Shown here one piece after another: positions 20,216-28,833 of a DNA stretch of 64,000 nucleotides. The notes under the pieces were generated by a model, which saw only the letters and a program-made list of their open reading frames with translations, had not been told where the DNA came from and did no database searches. The DNA comes from Lachnospiraceae bacterium (lineage in GTDB: Bacteria; Bacillota; Clostridia; Lachnospirales; Lachnospiraceae), in assembly GCA_009774145.1 (NCBI GenBank), contig VSND01000010.1:14335-78334 (forward strand). The letters run 5' to 3'. The translations under genes and the position numbers were made by a program. Within the stretch, counting starts at the first letter, position 1. Each line of letters opens with the position of its first letter.

Positions 20216-22276
20216 TCACGCATCAAAAGGCCGGTTCAGTTCTTCCGTCCCAGGCAGAACAAATCTTCCGCTTTGAATCAGCAGCGTCCGGCTGCCGTCT
20301 TCGTGAACGACTGCGATCTCCTGAAGTTCGTCATAGGGAATCGTGATATCTGTGTGACAGTTAAAATATGCCTTCTGGATATCTTCTTTCCGAAGAGCGG
20401 AACACTCGTTTTCCTTTGCAATCATCCGCTTGCCGTCCGGATTGCAGGTTTTTACATCCTCTTCCCAGGAAAAACAGGTATCTCCCACTGCAAAATGCGG
20501 CCCCATCTTCTCTGCAATCAGAATCGGCATCCGGCCTCCGATCCCGTACTTTTCTGCTGCCACATAGGCGGTGGTATTGGTTCCGACGGCAAACTCGCCC
20601 AAGGGAAGCGTGTCATGGTGCATCAGTACATTTTCCCGGATATAACGGCGGTTTTCCTCCTCCTGCTCATAATTTCCGCAGGTATAATCCGTGACCATGC
20701 CGTCCCGGAAAGTGAGTTTCAGATCTTTATAAAACAGCCCGTCCAGATAAACGCCTGTCACATGGAGCACGCCCTCTGTTCCGGCAAGCACCGGCGATGT
20801 AAACACCTCTCCCACCGGTATGTTCACATCCGCCACACAGTTTTCAAAAACCGTCTCTTTTTCGGGTTCCTGAATTCCGGCAAGCATCACCCTGAGATCG
20901 GTATGGTTGTCCCCTTTTCCCAGAACGTGAACGGATACTCCCGTATCCAGCACATCGATCAGCTTCTGCTGAATCTGCTGCCACGTCCGGTAATCCAGCG
21001 TATTGATCTTCACGGTCTCCCGGAAAATCTCCTCAAACTGCGGACCGATGTCCGGAACCGGAAACGCAATGATCGTAAAACTTCGCTCCTCCCCGGGAAT
21101 ATACTCATTGACGATCTGTCCCGCACGGCTGTTAAGCGCCACCTGAATCTCCTGCTGCTTTGCATCCAGCTTCAGCGCTTCCGGCTTCGTCTTCGGTGCA
21201 AACGGAACCTCTCCGAAGACCTCCATCACCGCCGGTCCCGCATGCGTATGCGCCAGCTCCCTGTACTGTTCATAAACCGTCCTGAGTACGCCGGCCTTTC
21301 GTTCTGCAAACGCCCTGTCCATAAAAAGCGCCGCATCTCCCTTGTGGTCATAGTCATACTGCTTATTGGGAGAAGAACTGTAATACCCGATCTTACCGTT
21401 CTGCTGCCTGTTCACTCTGCCCACAGCCGCCCGGTATATGATACTCTGAAGCCCCATGGCTTCAAAATTCTTCACCGCCTGACGGATGATCCGTTCAAAG
21501 CCCAGACAGTAACGGATGTTGACCGTTTTCTTCCGGTGCAGCGGCTTTCCCGCCACCTCAAAACCGATCCGGTAGCCTTCCGTGAATACGGAGGCAATCC
21601 GGTCAATCTCTTCCTGAGAAAGCCCGGCCAGAAAACGGCTCATACGGATCTCCGTGTCGCTGACGTACTCTCCGAACTGATACAGATACCGCACATCCTC
21701 CAGATCCGCCTCCATAATAATATCCCTTGCAAAAGACAGGGACGGATCCAGCTGTTCCTGCACCCTTTTCGCCACCATCACATCGCTGTAATCGCTGATA
21801 AACCAGTATATATCCGATGCCAGCTGTTCTCTGGACGGAGCCTCTCCGCCTGTAAATTCACTGTGTATCTGCAGAAAAAGCTCCATGCAGATGAGCATCT
21901 CCTCCGTCCGGCGCTCACAGGCATAGACGATCATGCCCCGAAGCTCTGCATAGAGAAAGGACAGGATCTGGCCGTATGTATCCGAAAGCTCAGACACGGC
22001 ATACGCCGGATTGGCATAGCTGGATTCATAAGCCTCGCCCGTGATATCTCCATAAAGTCTGTCATTCCATGCCTGAAGCTGCCCCAGGGAAGCCGTCTTC
22101 AGCCAGCCCGTCTCCGCCTTTTCCAGGGCTTCCAGCATCAGAAGCACAAACTCTGCCGTCTTTTTAAAACAGGCTCCGGTCTTTCCTTCCACCTCCGGTT
22201 CTTCTGCAATCTCTCTGACCCGGTCACTGGCAAGCCTCCAGCGTTCCATCTGAATCTCTTCCATCTCTTTTGTCAT
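20216..22276 (-). CDS. M29 (aminopeptidase T/S)-like protein with ~300-aa N-terminal extension
   Basis: The C-terminal ~380 aa resemble thermophilic-metalloprotease M29 aminopeptidases (recalled: ..GEFAVGTN.. and ..HFAVGD.. strings). Start chosen at the ATG at 22276, which makes an ATGA overlap with the upstream gene. Confidence 0.6.
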   Translation of the reverse strand: MTKEMEEIQMERWRLASDRVREIAEEPEVEGKTGACFKKTAEFVLLMLEALEKAETGWLKTASLGQLQAWNDRLYGDITGEAYESSYANPAYAVSELSDTYGQILSFLYAELRGMIVYACERRTEEMLICMELFLQIHSEFTGGEAPSREQLASDIYWFISDYSDVMVAKRVQEQLDPSLSFARDIIMEADLEDVRYLYQFGEYVSDTEIRMSRFLAGLSQEEIDRIASVFTEGYRIGFEVAGKPLHRKKTVNIRYCLGFERIIRQAVKNFEAMGLQSIIYRAAVGRVNRQQNGKIGYYSSSPNKQYDYDHKGDAALFMDRAFAERKAGVLRTVYEQYRELAHTHAGPAVMEVFGEVPFAPKTKPEALKLDAKQQEIQVALNSRAGQIVNEYIPGEERSFTIIAFPVPDIGPQFEEIFRETVKINTLDYRTWQQIQQKLIDVLDTGVSVHVLGKGDNHTDLRVMLAGIQEPEKETVFENCVADVNIPVGEVFTSPVLAGTEGVLHVTGVYLDGLFYKDLKLTFRDGMVTDYTCGNYEQEEENRRYIRENVLMHHDTLPLGEFAVGTNTTAYVAAEKYGIGGRMPILIAEKMGPHFAVGDTCFSWEEDVKTCNPDGKRMIAKENECSALRKEDIQKAYFNCHTDITIPYDELQEIAVVHEDGSRTLLIQSGRFVLPGTEELNRPFDA

Positions 22277-22587
22277 CCCCCCATTCCCAACAGATAGATG
22301 CCGACAAATGCCATCAGCACCAGCCCGTTCAGCATACATCCCGCATAGGGAAATCCTTTATAAGTATCTTCCTCTCCAAGTGCCCGGACACCATGATACA
22401 GTCCCGTCAGTGCCAGAAGCAGCGCCAGTAATCCGAGAACCGCAATCGGTTTCCCTGCCTGACCGTATTCCGTATAGGCAGCGCCCACCATCCCTCCTGT
22501 CAGGAGCAGGGATATCACGCCGAGAATACTTGAGCGGATACCGGTGCGGGACTGATTTCTGACCGTAAATTTATATCGTCTCTTCAT
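22273..22587 (-). CDS. Small integral membrane protein
   Basis: Trimmed to the ATG at 22587 (MKRRYKF). About three predicted TM helices. No family assigned. Confidence 0.5.
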   Translation of the reverse strand: MKRRYKFTVRNQSRTGIRSSILGVISLLLTGGMVGAAYTEYGQAGKPIAVLGLLALLLALTGLYHGVRALGEEDTYKGFPYAGCMLNGLVLMAFVGIYLLGMGG

Positions 22588-23044
22588 ATATTCCCTTTTC
22601 TTTTTTCCAAAATACAATCCGGTAGACTCCATACCCGATGCAGCCGCCCAGGGTATTAAGGAGCATGTCATCCACATCACAGCTCCCTACCCGGAGAATC
22701 AGCTGTGAGACCTCTATGAAAAGCGTCAGTTCAAAGCTCAGCAGGGCAACCTTCCAAAACCCCATCCTTTTCTTTTGCATCGCCGGAAGAAGGGCGCCGT
22801 ACGGCACAAAGCCGATCACATTTCCCAGAAGATTCCAGAATACCATCCATGGACCGATCTGCCTGCGGTATGCGATATAGCGCCTGATCTCACGAAACGG
22901 AACCAGATTATAGCGATAATCTCCCTCCAGCATCGTACGTCCCCATTCCTCTGCAAAAAACATCAGATATACCAGAAGCAGAAGATAGAGGCCAAAGAAA
23001 ACACGGCTTGCCTGCCGGATATATTTTTCTGTCTCCCTTTTCAC
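22571..23044 (-). CDS. VanZ-family membrane protein
   Basis: 157 aa with 4 TM helices and VanZ-like strings (NLVPF.., GSCDVDDMLLNTLG). GTG start. Confidence 0.75.
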   Translation of the reverse strand: MKRETEKYIRQASRVFFGLYLLLLVYLMFFAEEWGRTMLEGDYRYNLVPFREIRRYIAYRRQIGPWMVFWNLLGNVIGFVPYGALLPAMQKKRMGFWKVALLSFELTLFIEVSQLILRVGSCDVDDMLLNTLGGCIGYGVYRIVFWKKEKGIYEETI

Positions 23045-23061
23045 ATAAAGCTCCTTCTATT

Positions 23062-23116
23062 ATATAAAAAGCTGCTGTAAACACTGCCCTCTGACCGGAC
23101 AGTCATCTACAGCAGC
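23062..23116 (-). terminator. Intrinsic terminator after the pyr operon / small membrane protein gene
   Basis: On the minus strand, a GCTGCTGTA ... TACAGCAGC stem is followed by TTTTTATATAAT. Confidence 0.5.
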
Positions 23117-23126
23117 CATCGTCCTG

Positions 23127-23282
23127 TCAGAACATCAGGTCAGATTTTCCTTTCAGCAGACGGGCCCCGTTGATGATCATCAGGATCCCCGTCACAATAC
23201 CGGTCACCAGCACAATGATGCCGATGGCCAGATCTCCGGCTCCCACATTTGCCATGGTCTTGTAGGTTTTCTCATTATTCAT
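23127..23282 (-). CDS. Small membrane protein (51 aa)
   Basis: The ATG at 23282 lies 8 nt after a GGGAGGA RBS. One TM helix, LAIGIIVLVTGIVTGILMII. Overlaps the pyrE stop. Confidence 0.45.
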   Translation of the reverse strand: MNNEKTYKTMANVGAGDLAIGIIVLVTGIVTGILMIINGARLLKGKSDLMF

Positions 23283-23970
23283 GTACATATCCTCCCTGTC
23301 GTACCCCATACTGTTCATAGTATGCGTCAATCGCTGTCTTTAATGCATCATCAATGATAACTTTTCCCTTATACGGGCGGTTATACAGGTGCTCCACCAC
23401 CTCCGCCATGGTCACGATCGCCGTCGTCTGAAGACCGTAGACCTCCTGAATCTCCTGCAGCGCGCTTTTTTCGCCCTGTCCTCTCTCCATGCGGTCCACG
23501 GACACCACAAGGCCTACAGGATGCACTTCTCCCTGCGCCCGGATGATCGGAAGCGTCTCCTGGATCGAAGTTCCCGCCGTCGTCACATCCTCGATGATAA
23601 CGACCCGGTCCCCGTCACCCATGGGGCTTCCCAGCAGGATACCCCGGTCCCCATGATCCTTGACTTCTTTTCGGTTGGAACAGTAGCGGATATCCCTGCC
23701 GTACTGTTCGCTGATGGCGATCGTCGCCGCAACCGTCAGCGGGATCCCCTTATATGCCGGACCAAACAGGACGTCAAAATCCAGTCCGAAATGATCGTGG
23801 ATCGCCTTTGCGTAATATTCCCCCAGCTTCCGAAGCTGCGCCCCGGTACGGTAAAATCCGGTATTTACAAAAAACGGAGTCTTTCTGCCGCTCTTTGTCA
23901 CGAAATCTCCGAACTTCAGAACCTGGCAGTCGATCATAAATTCAATAAATTCCTGCTTGTACTGTTCCAT
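23275..23970 (-). CDS. pyrE: Orotate phosphoribosyltransferase
   Basis: PRPP-binding motif VVIIEDVTTAGTS. 231 aa. Confidence 0.95.
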   Translation of the reverse strand: MEQYKQEFIEFMIDCQVLKFGDFVTKSGRKTPFFVNTGFYRTGAQLRKLGEYYAKAIHDHFGLDFDVLFGPAYKGIPLTVAATIAISEQYGRDIRYCSNRKEVKDHGDRGILLGSPMGDGDRVVIIEDVTTAGTSIQETLPIIRAQGEVHPVGLVVSVDRMERGQGEKSALQEIQEVYGLQTTAIVTMAEVVEHLYNRPYKGKVIIDDALKTAIDAYYEQYGVRQGGYVHE

Positions 23971-24070
23971 CTATCTCATAACCTCCATCCACTTTGTTCA
24001 GGATCATTGTAAATTTCCTCCATCTTACCATAGATAAAGAACATTTTCAACGCAGGATTTTCAGCAGAAA

Positions 24071-24170
24071 GGGGCTTTTGCAATACAGAACTCTGCCTGT
24101 GCCCTGTGTCTGCTCCAATCCGCACAGCGTTTCAGGACGCACCATCCGCATTCTGTTTTGCAAAAGCCCC
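24071..24170 (-). promoter_or_regulatory. 100-nt structured spacer (terminator/attenuator-like) between pyrD and pyrE
   Basis: On the minus strand, GGGGCUUUUGCAAAACAGAA pairs with UUCUGUAUUGCAAAAGCCCC (19 of 20 bp), followed by UUUCU. The loop carries CAGACACAGGGCA, a 13-mer shared with the pyrF-pyrK repeats. Confidence 0.35.
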
Positions 24171-24185
24171 TCCGTACCAGAACCT

Positions 24186-25088
24186 CTATCGGACCGCGCC
24201 GATCAGCTCCCGGATATCCTCCACCTGATACTGCCGCATATAGGCTTCGATCCCTTCCGCCACCTTCTTTGCCGCATATGGATCTGCAAAATTCGCCGTT
24301 CCCACCGATACGGCCGTGGCGCCCGCCAGGATAAATTCCACGGCGTCCTCCCCGGTGCAGATGCCCCCCATGCCGATGATCGGGAGCTTTACCGCCTGCG
24401 CCACCTGATACACCATACGGACCGCCACCGGCTTAACCGCAGGGCCGGACATGCCGCCTGTCTTATTGGCAATGGCAAAAGTTCTTCTGTGGATATCGAT
24501 CTTCATGCCTGTGATCGTATTGATCAGAGAGAGTACATCCGCCCCTGCGGCCTCTGCCGCTCTTGCCATCTCCGTGATGTCCGTCACATTGGGACTCAGC
24601 TTCATGATCACCGGCTGACGGGCATGCTTTCTGACTTCCCGGGTAATAGCCTCCAGCGCCTTTGGATCCTGCCCAAAGGCAATGCCGCCCTCTTTGACAT
24701 TGGGGCAGGACACATTGATCTCCAGCAGATCCACCGGCTCTGAAGCCAGACGTTCTGTCACTGCGCAGTAGTCTTCCACCGTTTTTCCGCATACATTTAC
24801 AATAATCTTTGTATTGTATTTCTTTAAAAACGGAAGGTCCCGCTCTATAAAGACATCAATCCCAGGATTCTGAAGCCCGATGGCATTGAGCATGCCGCAC
24901 TTTGTCTCCGCAATGCGCGGCGTGGGATTGCCCGGCCAGGGAACGCTGGCAACGCCCTTGGTCACTACGGCTCCCAGAACGCCCAGATCGTAAAATTCAC
25001 TGTATTCCGCGCCGGAGCCGAAGGTCCCGGAGGCGGTCATGACCGGATTCTTAAGCTCCACGCCCGCAAGTGTTACTTTTGTATTCAT
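24186..25088 (-). CDS. pyrD: Dihydroorotate dehydrogenase, class 1B catalytic subunit
   Basis: Trimmed to the ATG at 25088 (MNTKVTLAGVELKNPVMTASGTFG). NVSCPNV active-site Cys. Confidence 0.95.
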   Translation of the reverse strand: MNTKVTLAGVELKNPVMTASGTFGSGAEYSEFYDLGVLGAVVTKGVASVPWPGNPTPRIAETKCGMLNAIGLQNPGIDVFIERDLPFLKKYNTKIIVNVCGKTVEDYCAVTERLASEPVDLLEINVSCPNVKEGGIAFGQDPKALEAITREVRKHARQPVIMKLSPNVTDITEMARAAEAAGADVLSLINTITGMKIDIHRRTFAIANKTGGMSGPAVKPVAVRMVYQVAQAVKLPIIGMGGICTGEDAVEFILAGATAVSVGTANFADPYAAKKVAEGIEAYMRQYQVEDIRELIGAVR

Positions 25089-25855
25089 TACAGCTCCACC
25101 TCCGTACTTAAGAATACCGGACCGTCCTTGCACACTCTCTTATTCTGTACATGGGTGTGTCCGTCCACCTCTTTCGACTGGCATATGCAGGCAAGACATG
25201 CGCCGATTCCGCACGCCATCCGCTCCTCCATGGAGAGCCAGCAGGGGATCCCTTTTTCTTCTGCATAAGCCTTGACGGCGCGCAGCATGGGCTTTGGCCC
25301 GCACGCATAGATGATGTCCGCCGTCAGACCATGCTCCCTGACGGCATCCATGACATTTCCCTTCGTTCCGGCGCTTCCATCCTCCGTCGCCACATAGAGC
25401 GTGCCGTTCTCTGACAGCTCGTCCGTCAGAAACTGCTCATCCCGATAGCCGGCGATCACCTGAACTTCCAGATTCAGTTCTCTGGCAAGCTGTACCATGG
25501 GCGGAATCCCGATGCCGCCTCCCATGAGAAATGCCTTTTTTGCTCCGGTATCCAGAGGAAACCCATTCCCCAACGGGCCAAGTACCTCGATCCGGTCTCC
25601 GGATGTCAGACGGGAAAATTCCTCTGTTCCCTTCCCGACCACCCGGTACACCATACGGATTCGGCCGCCTTCCCGATCGATCTCGCAGATGCTGACAGGA
25701 CGCGGGAGCATCCGGCTCTCCTCCCGGCTGTACAGGGACAGAAACTGCCCCGGCTTCGCCTCCCCGGCGATCTGTTCCGTCCGGATCCACAGGCTGTATA
25801 TCTCTGACGCAATCTGTTCCTGTTCCATCACTGTGGCTGATTCTTTGTATTTCAT
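25088..25855 (-). CDS. pyrK: Dihydroorotate dehydrogenase electron-transfer subunit
   Basis: True start taken as the ATG at 25855 (AGGAGA RBS). C-terminal 2Fe-2S motif CGIGACLAC. The 128 upstream codons of the listed ORF are translated tandem repeat. Confidence 0.9.
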   Translation of the reverse strand: MKYKESATVMEQEQIASEIYSLWIRTEQIAGEAKPGQFLSLYSREESRMLPRPVSICEIDREGGRIRMVYRVVGKGTEEFSRLTSGDRIEVLGPLGNGFPLDTGAKKAFLMGGGIGIPPMVQLARELNLEVQVIAGYRDEQFLTDELSENGTLYVATEDGSAGTKGNVMDAVREHGLTADIIYACGPKPMLRAVKAYAEEKGIPCWLSMEERMACGIGACLACICQSKEVDGHTHVQNKRVCKDGPVFLSTEVEL

Positions 25856-25871
25856 CTTTTTTCTCCTATTA

Positions 25872-26201
25872 GAGTTCCGCCCATGGCCGGGCGATGCCCT
25901 GTGTCTGGAACGCCTTTCGGCCCTTCCCGTCCGAAAAACGTTCCGGCATCTCCCGCACATGGGCTGTATGGGATCGAGTTCCGCCCATGGCCGGGCGATG
26001 CCCTGTGTCTGGAACGCCTTTCGGCCCTTCCCGTCCGAAAATCGTTCCGGCATCTCCCGCACATGGGCTGTATGGACTGCGTTCCGCCCATGGCCGGGCG
26101 ATGCCCTGTGTCTGGAACGCTTTTCGGCCCTTCCCGTCCGAAAATCGTTCCGGTATCTCCCGCACATGGGCTGTATGGGCTGAGTTCCGCCCATGGCCGG
26201 G
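25872..26201. repeat. Tandem repeat: 3 full units (104/103/103 bp) plus a 20-bp partial unit
   Basis: Units start at 25872, 25976, 26079 and 26182 and are near-identical. They fill the whole pyrF-pyrK spacer. Confidence 0.95.
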
Positions 26202-27131
26202 TTAAAGTTCCGCTTCCAGTGCTCCGCGGATATCCACAATCATGTCTTCTACGGCTGCTCTGGATGCTTCTGCAAAATGCGCTTCCCCATACTTTGCATA
26301 GGCTTCCTGTTTATATGCTGCGATAATCCCTCTGGAAGAGTTCACGATCGCACCAAGACCGTCCTCGTTAAAAAAGTGCACCAGGTCCTTTCCTTTGCCG
26401 CCCTGAGCCCCGTAGCCCGGCACCAGGATAAAAGACTTCGGCATCACCTTTCGGAGAGTTTTTCCCTGCTCCGGATAGGTGGCGCCTACCACAGCGCCGA
26501 TATAGCTGTATGTATCGCCGCAGTGGGCTTCCCCCCACTCGGCCACTTTCTCGCCCACCAGCTCATAGAGCGGCCTGCCGTCCACCAGCCTGTCCTGAAA
26601 TTCTCCGCTGGACGGATTGGATGTCTTTACAAGGATGAACAGGCCCTTCTTCTCTTCCTTACATACCTCAATAAAGGGATTCACCCCGTCCGAACCCAGA
26701 TAGGGATTGACTGTCGCAAAATCCTCGTCAAATCCGGCATACACTCTGCTGCCCACCTGTACCTTTCCCAGATGGCCCGCCGCATAGGCCGCCGAGGTGG
26801 AACCAATGTCGCCCCGCTTTACGTCTCCGATAACAACCAGCCCTCTGGATTTGCAGTAATCCACCGTCTTCTTATATGCCTCCAGCCCTTTCACGCCGAA
26901 CTGCTCATACATGGCGATCTGAGGCTTTACCGCAGGAATCAGGTCAAACGTATGATCCACGATCTCCTTATTAAACTGCCAGATAGCCTCTGCCGCTCCC
27001 CGCAGCGTCTCTCCATACTCCTCGAACGCCGCCTTCTGCACATGCTCCGGCACATACGAAAGCATCGGGTCCAGCCCCACCACAATGGGCGCTCCTGTCT
27101 TCTGGATTTTTTCAATCAATCTGTTAATCAT
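26202..27131 (-). CDS. pyrF: Orotidine 5'-phosphate decarboxylase (long, type 2)
   Basis: Trimmed to the ATG at 27131 (GGAGA RBS). Motifs VVGLDP and DVKRGDIGST. Confidence 0.9.
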   Translation of the reverse strand: MINRLIEKIQKTGAPIVVGLDPMLSYVPEHVQKAAFEEYGETLRGAAEAIWQFNKEIVDHTFDLIPAVKPQIAMYEQFGVKGLEAYKKTVDYCKSRGLVVIGDVKRGDIGSTSAAYAAGHLGKVQVGSRVYAGFDEDFATVNPYLGSDGVNPFIEVCKEEKKGLFILVKTSNPSSGEFQDRLVDGRPLYELVGEKVAEWGEAHCGDTYSYIGAVVGATYPEQGKTLRKVMPKSFILVPGYGAQGGKGKDLVHFFNEDGLGAIVNSSRGIIAAYKQEAYAKYGEAHFAEASRAAVEDMIVDIRGALEAEL

Positions 27132-27254
27132 GTTGTGTCTCCTTTTCATCTGTCTCTCTTGATATGCTGCCTGTAAGCTCTCAATATATAAAGAACAGCC
27201 CTTCTTTGTATACCTGCCATGTGACATCTATCCCTCCGCAAACCAGAAGTTTAC

Positions 27255-27593
27255 CTATCCCAAATCAAACCAGTAATCCAAAGTTTCCTGTTCATTATAG
27301 TAACTGTTCAAAAATTCTTTCAGTTCTTGTATCCTGTTTTGAATATATTTCATATCTCTGCCGCCATTATGATTCACCCAGTCAAAAACAGAGTCCAACT
27401 CTGCTAATACACCTGGAATGGTATTTATTGAAAACATCCCGCCGCATACAAATATTTTGATTTTACATTCAGAAATGGCTTTTTCCCATGTTTCCTTCCA
27501 GACCCTTTGAAATGAAACCGGCATTTCGTCAACTATCCGGCTTTCTGGATAATTAAAATCCTCGCCTTTAAAAACAAATAAAGAAACTGACAT
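27255..27593 (-). CDS. Hypothetical protein (AT-richer orphan)
   Basis: ATG at 27593. 112 aa with no TM helix or signal peptide. No family recognised. Confidence 0.45.
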   Translation of the reverse strand: MSVSLFVFKGEDFNYPESRIVDEMPVSFQRVWKETWEKAISECKIKIFVCGGMFSINTIPGVLAELDSVFDWVNHNGGRDMKYIQNRIQELKEFLNSYYNEQETLDYWFDLG

Positions 27594-27635
27594 TGTACCG
27601 CTCCGCAAATCCTTAATTGTCAACGTTATTATAGC

Positions 27636-28655
27636 CTATTTTACTGATACACCATTTCGAAAAGAAAGTTTCCCAAACAGCAGAAAGCGAACCGGAGCAA
27701 TCCGGTCAATAAGCCAGATAAGCGCCGCTGTGATTCCGCTCATAACCGCAAAGGCCGCCAGACTGTACAGCAGTCCTTCCGGACTCCAGAAAAGAAACGT
27801 CTTTTTGTCCGGATTCAGTATGGCAGCAAACTGATAGTGCAGTACATAAATCTCCAGTGTATAATGCCCCAGCCGCGCCAGCTTTGATTTCATGCGGTTT
27901 TCCTTCCAGTCCAGTACCAGCCGGATGACTGCCAGACATCCCAGAAAGGAAGCGGCCGTCTGAATGCCGAGCATCACGATCCCGGTTACGGTCACCAGAT
28001 CAAGAAACACTGCCATTCCAAGAAATACCAGCCCGCCCATATACGCCCCCCATCTTTGCAGAAACTCCGGTATCCGTCCCCGAAGCAGTTCCGGATGCAG
28101 ACCGCAGAAATACGCACTCACATAATACGGCAGATAGATCACCAGAAGCGACGGACTCAGAAATGTCACTCCTGCCAGATAAGCCGCAAGGATCACGCCG
28201 CATCCCCCGAAGATCACAGCCCACAATCCCCACTCGCTCTTTGTCTTCGCCTGAACCAGCTGCGCCGTGTATGCGATCCAGGTAAACAGGAATAAGGTCA
28301 TCAGAAACCAGAGACCATAATCCAGCTGGAACAGCGCTGTCTTCCATGCCCGCGGCACATACGTGATATGCTGTATGGTGAGCCAGGAGAAAAACGGAAT
28401 CAGATAGGAAACGGCGCGCCTGCCCATCCGCCCCCGGTACTGCCTTACAGTCTCCACCTTCGCGCCCGCTCCCGCCAGATATCCGCTGATCAGGAAAAAA
28501 AGCGGCATCTGCAAAGATTTGATCACATCATACAGATACGGATCTGTCATATGGTTATGCACCTGCACATGCCCGAACATGACCAGAAGGATTGCGATGC
28601 CCTTCAGGCAGTCCAGCGTTTCGTTTCGCTCTTTTATCAAAAATCCTGCCTCCAT
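27636..28655 (-). CDS. Acyltransferase family 3 membrane O-acyltransferase
   Basis: N-terminal LDCLKGIAILLVMFGHV motif and about 10 TM helices. Confidence 0.85.
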   Translation of the reverse strand: MEAGFLIKERNETLDCLKGIAILLVMFGHVQVHNHMTDPYLYDVIKSLQMPLFFLISGYLAGAGAKVETVRQYRGRMGRRAVSYLIPFFSWLTIQHITYVPRAWKTALFQLDYGLWFLMTLFLFTWIAYTAQLVQAKTKSEWGLWAVIFGGCGVILAAYLAGVTFLSPSLLVIYLPYYVSAYFCGLHPELLRGRIPEFLQRWGAYMGGLVFLGMAVFLDLVTVTGIVMLGIQTAASFLGCLAVIRLVLDWKENRMKSKLARLGHYTLEIYVLHYQFAAILNPDKKTFLFWSPEGLLYSLAAFAVMSGITAALIWLIDRIAPVRFLLFGKLSFRNGVSVK

Positions 28656-28833
28656 GACGAATTATTAAACATTTTATCACAGGATTTGACCGCAAACAAG
28701 GCATATGTTACACTAACCACTGATAACCCTGCAAATCAGACCACTGTTTCTACTTAATTACCAGTCAGGACATACAGGCTGCAGACTGAATGGGGACAGG
28801 TGTCTGAACAACCACAGAACCGGAGCATTTATC

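Noticed and set aside
20273-22297. 674-aa plus-strand ORF
   Set aside because: It is an antisense shadow of the M29-like gene, with low-complexity Arg/Leu/His-rich sequence and no motifs.
25872-26201. Possible CRISPR array
   Set aside because: The units abut each other directly with no unique spacers, they are ~104 bp long, and no cas genes are present.
25872-26201. Canonical PyrR binding sites in the repeat units
   Set aside because: UUCCAGACACAGGG matches only the UCCAGA part of the recalled Bacillus consensus UCCAGAGAGG. I kept it only as a weak hypothesis inside the findings.
25856-26239. 128-codon N-terminal extension of the pyrK ORF (and ORFs 25852..26091, 25869..26165, 25883..26326, 25894..26205)
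   Set aside because: These are translations of the stop-free 103-104-bp tandem repeat. The unit length is not divisible by 3, the peptides are Arg/Gly/Pro-rich noise, and a good RBS plus ATG for pyrK sits at 25855.
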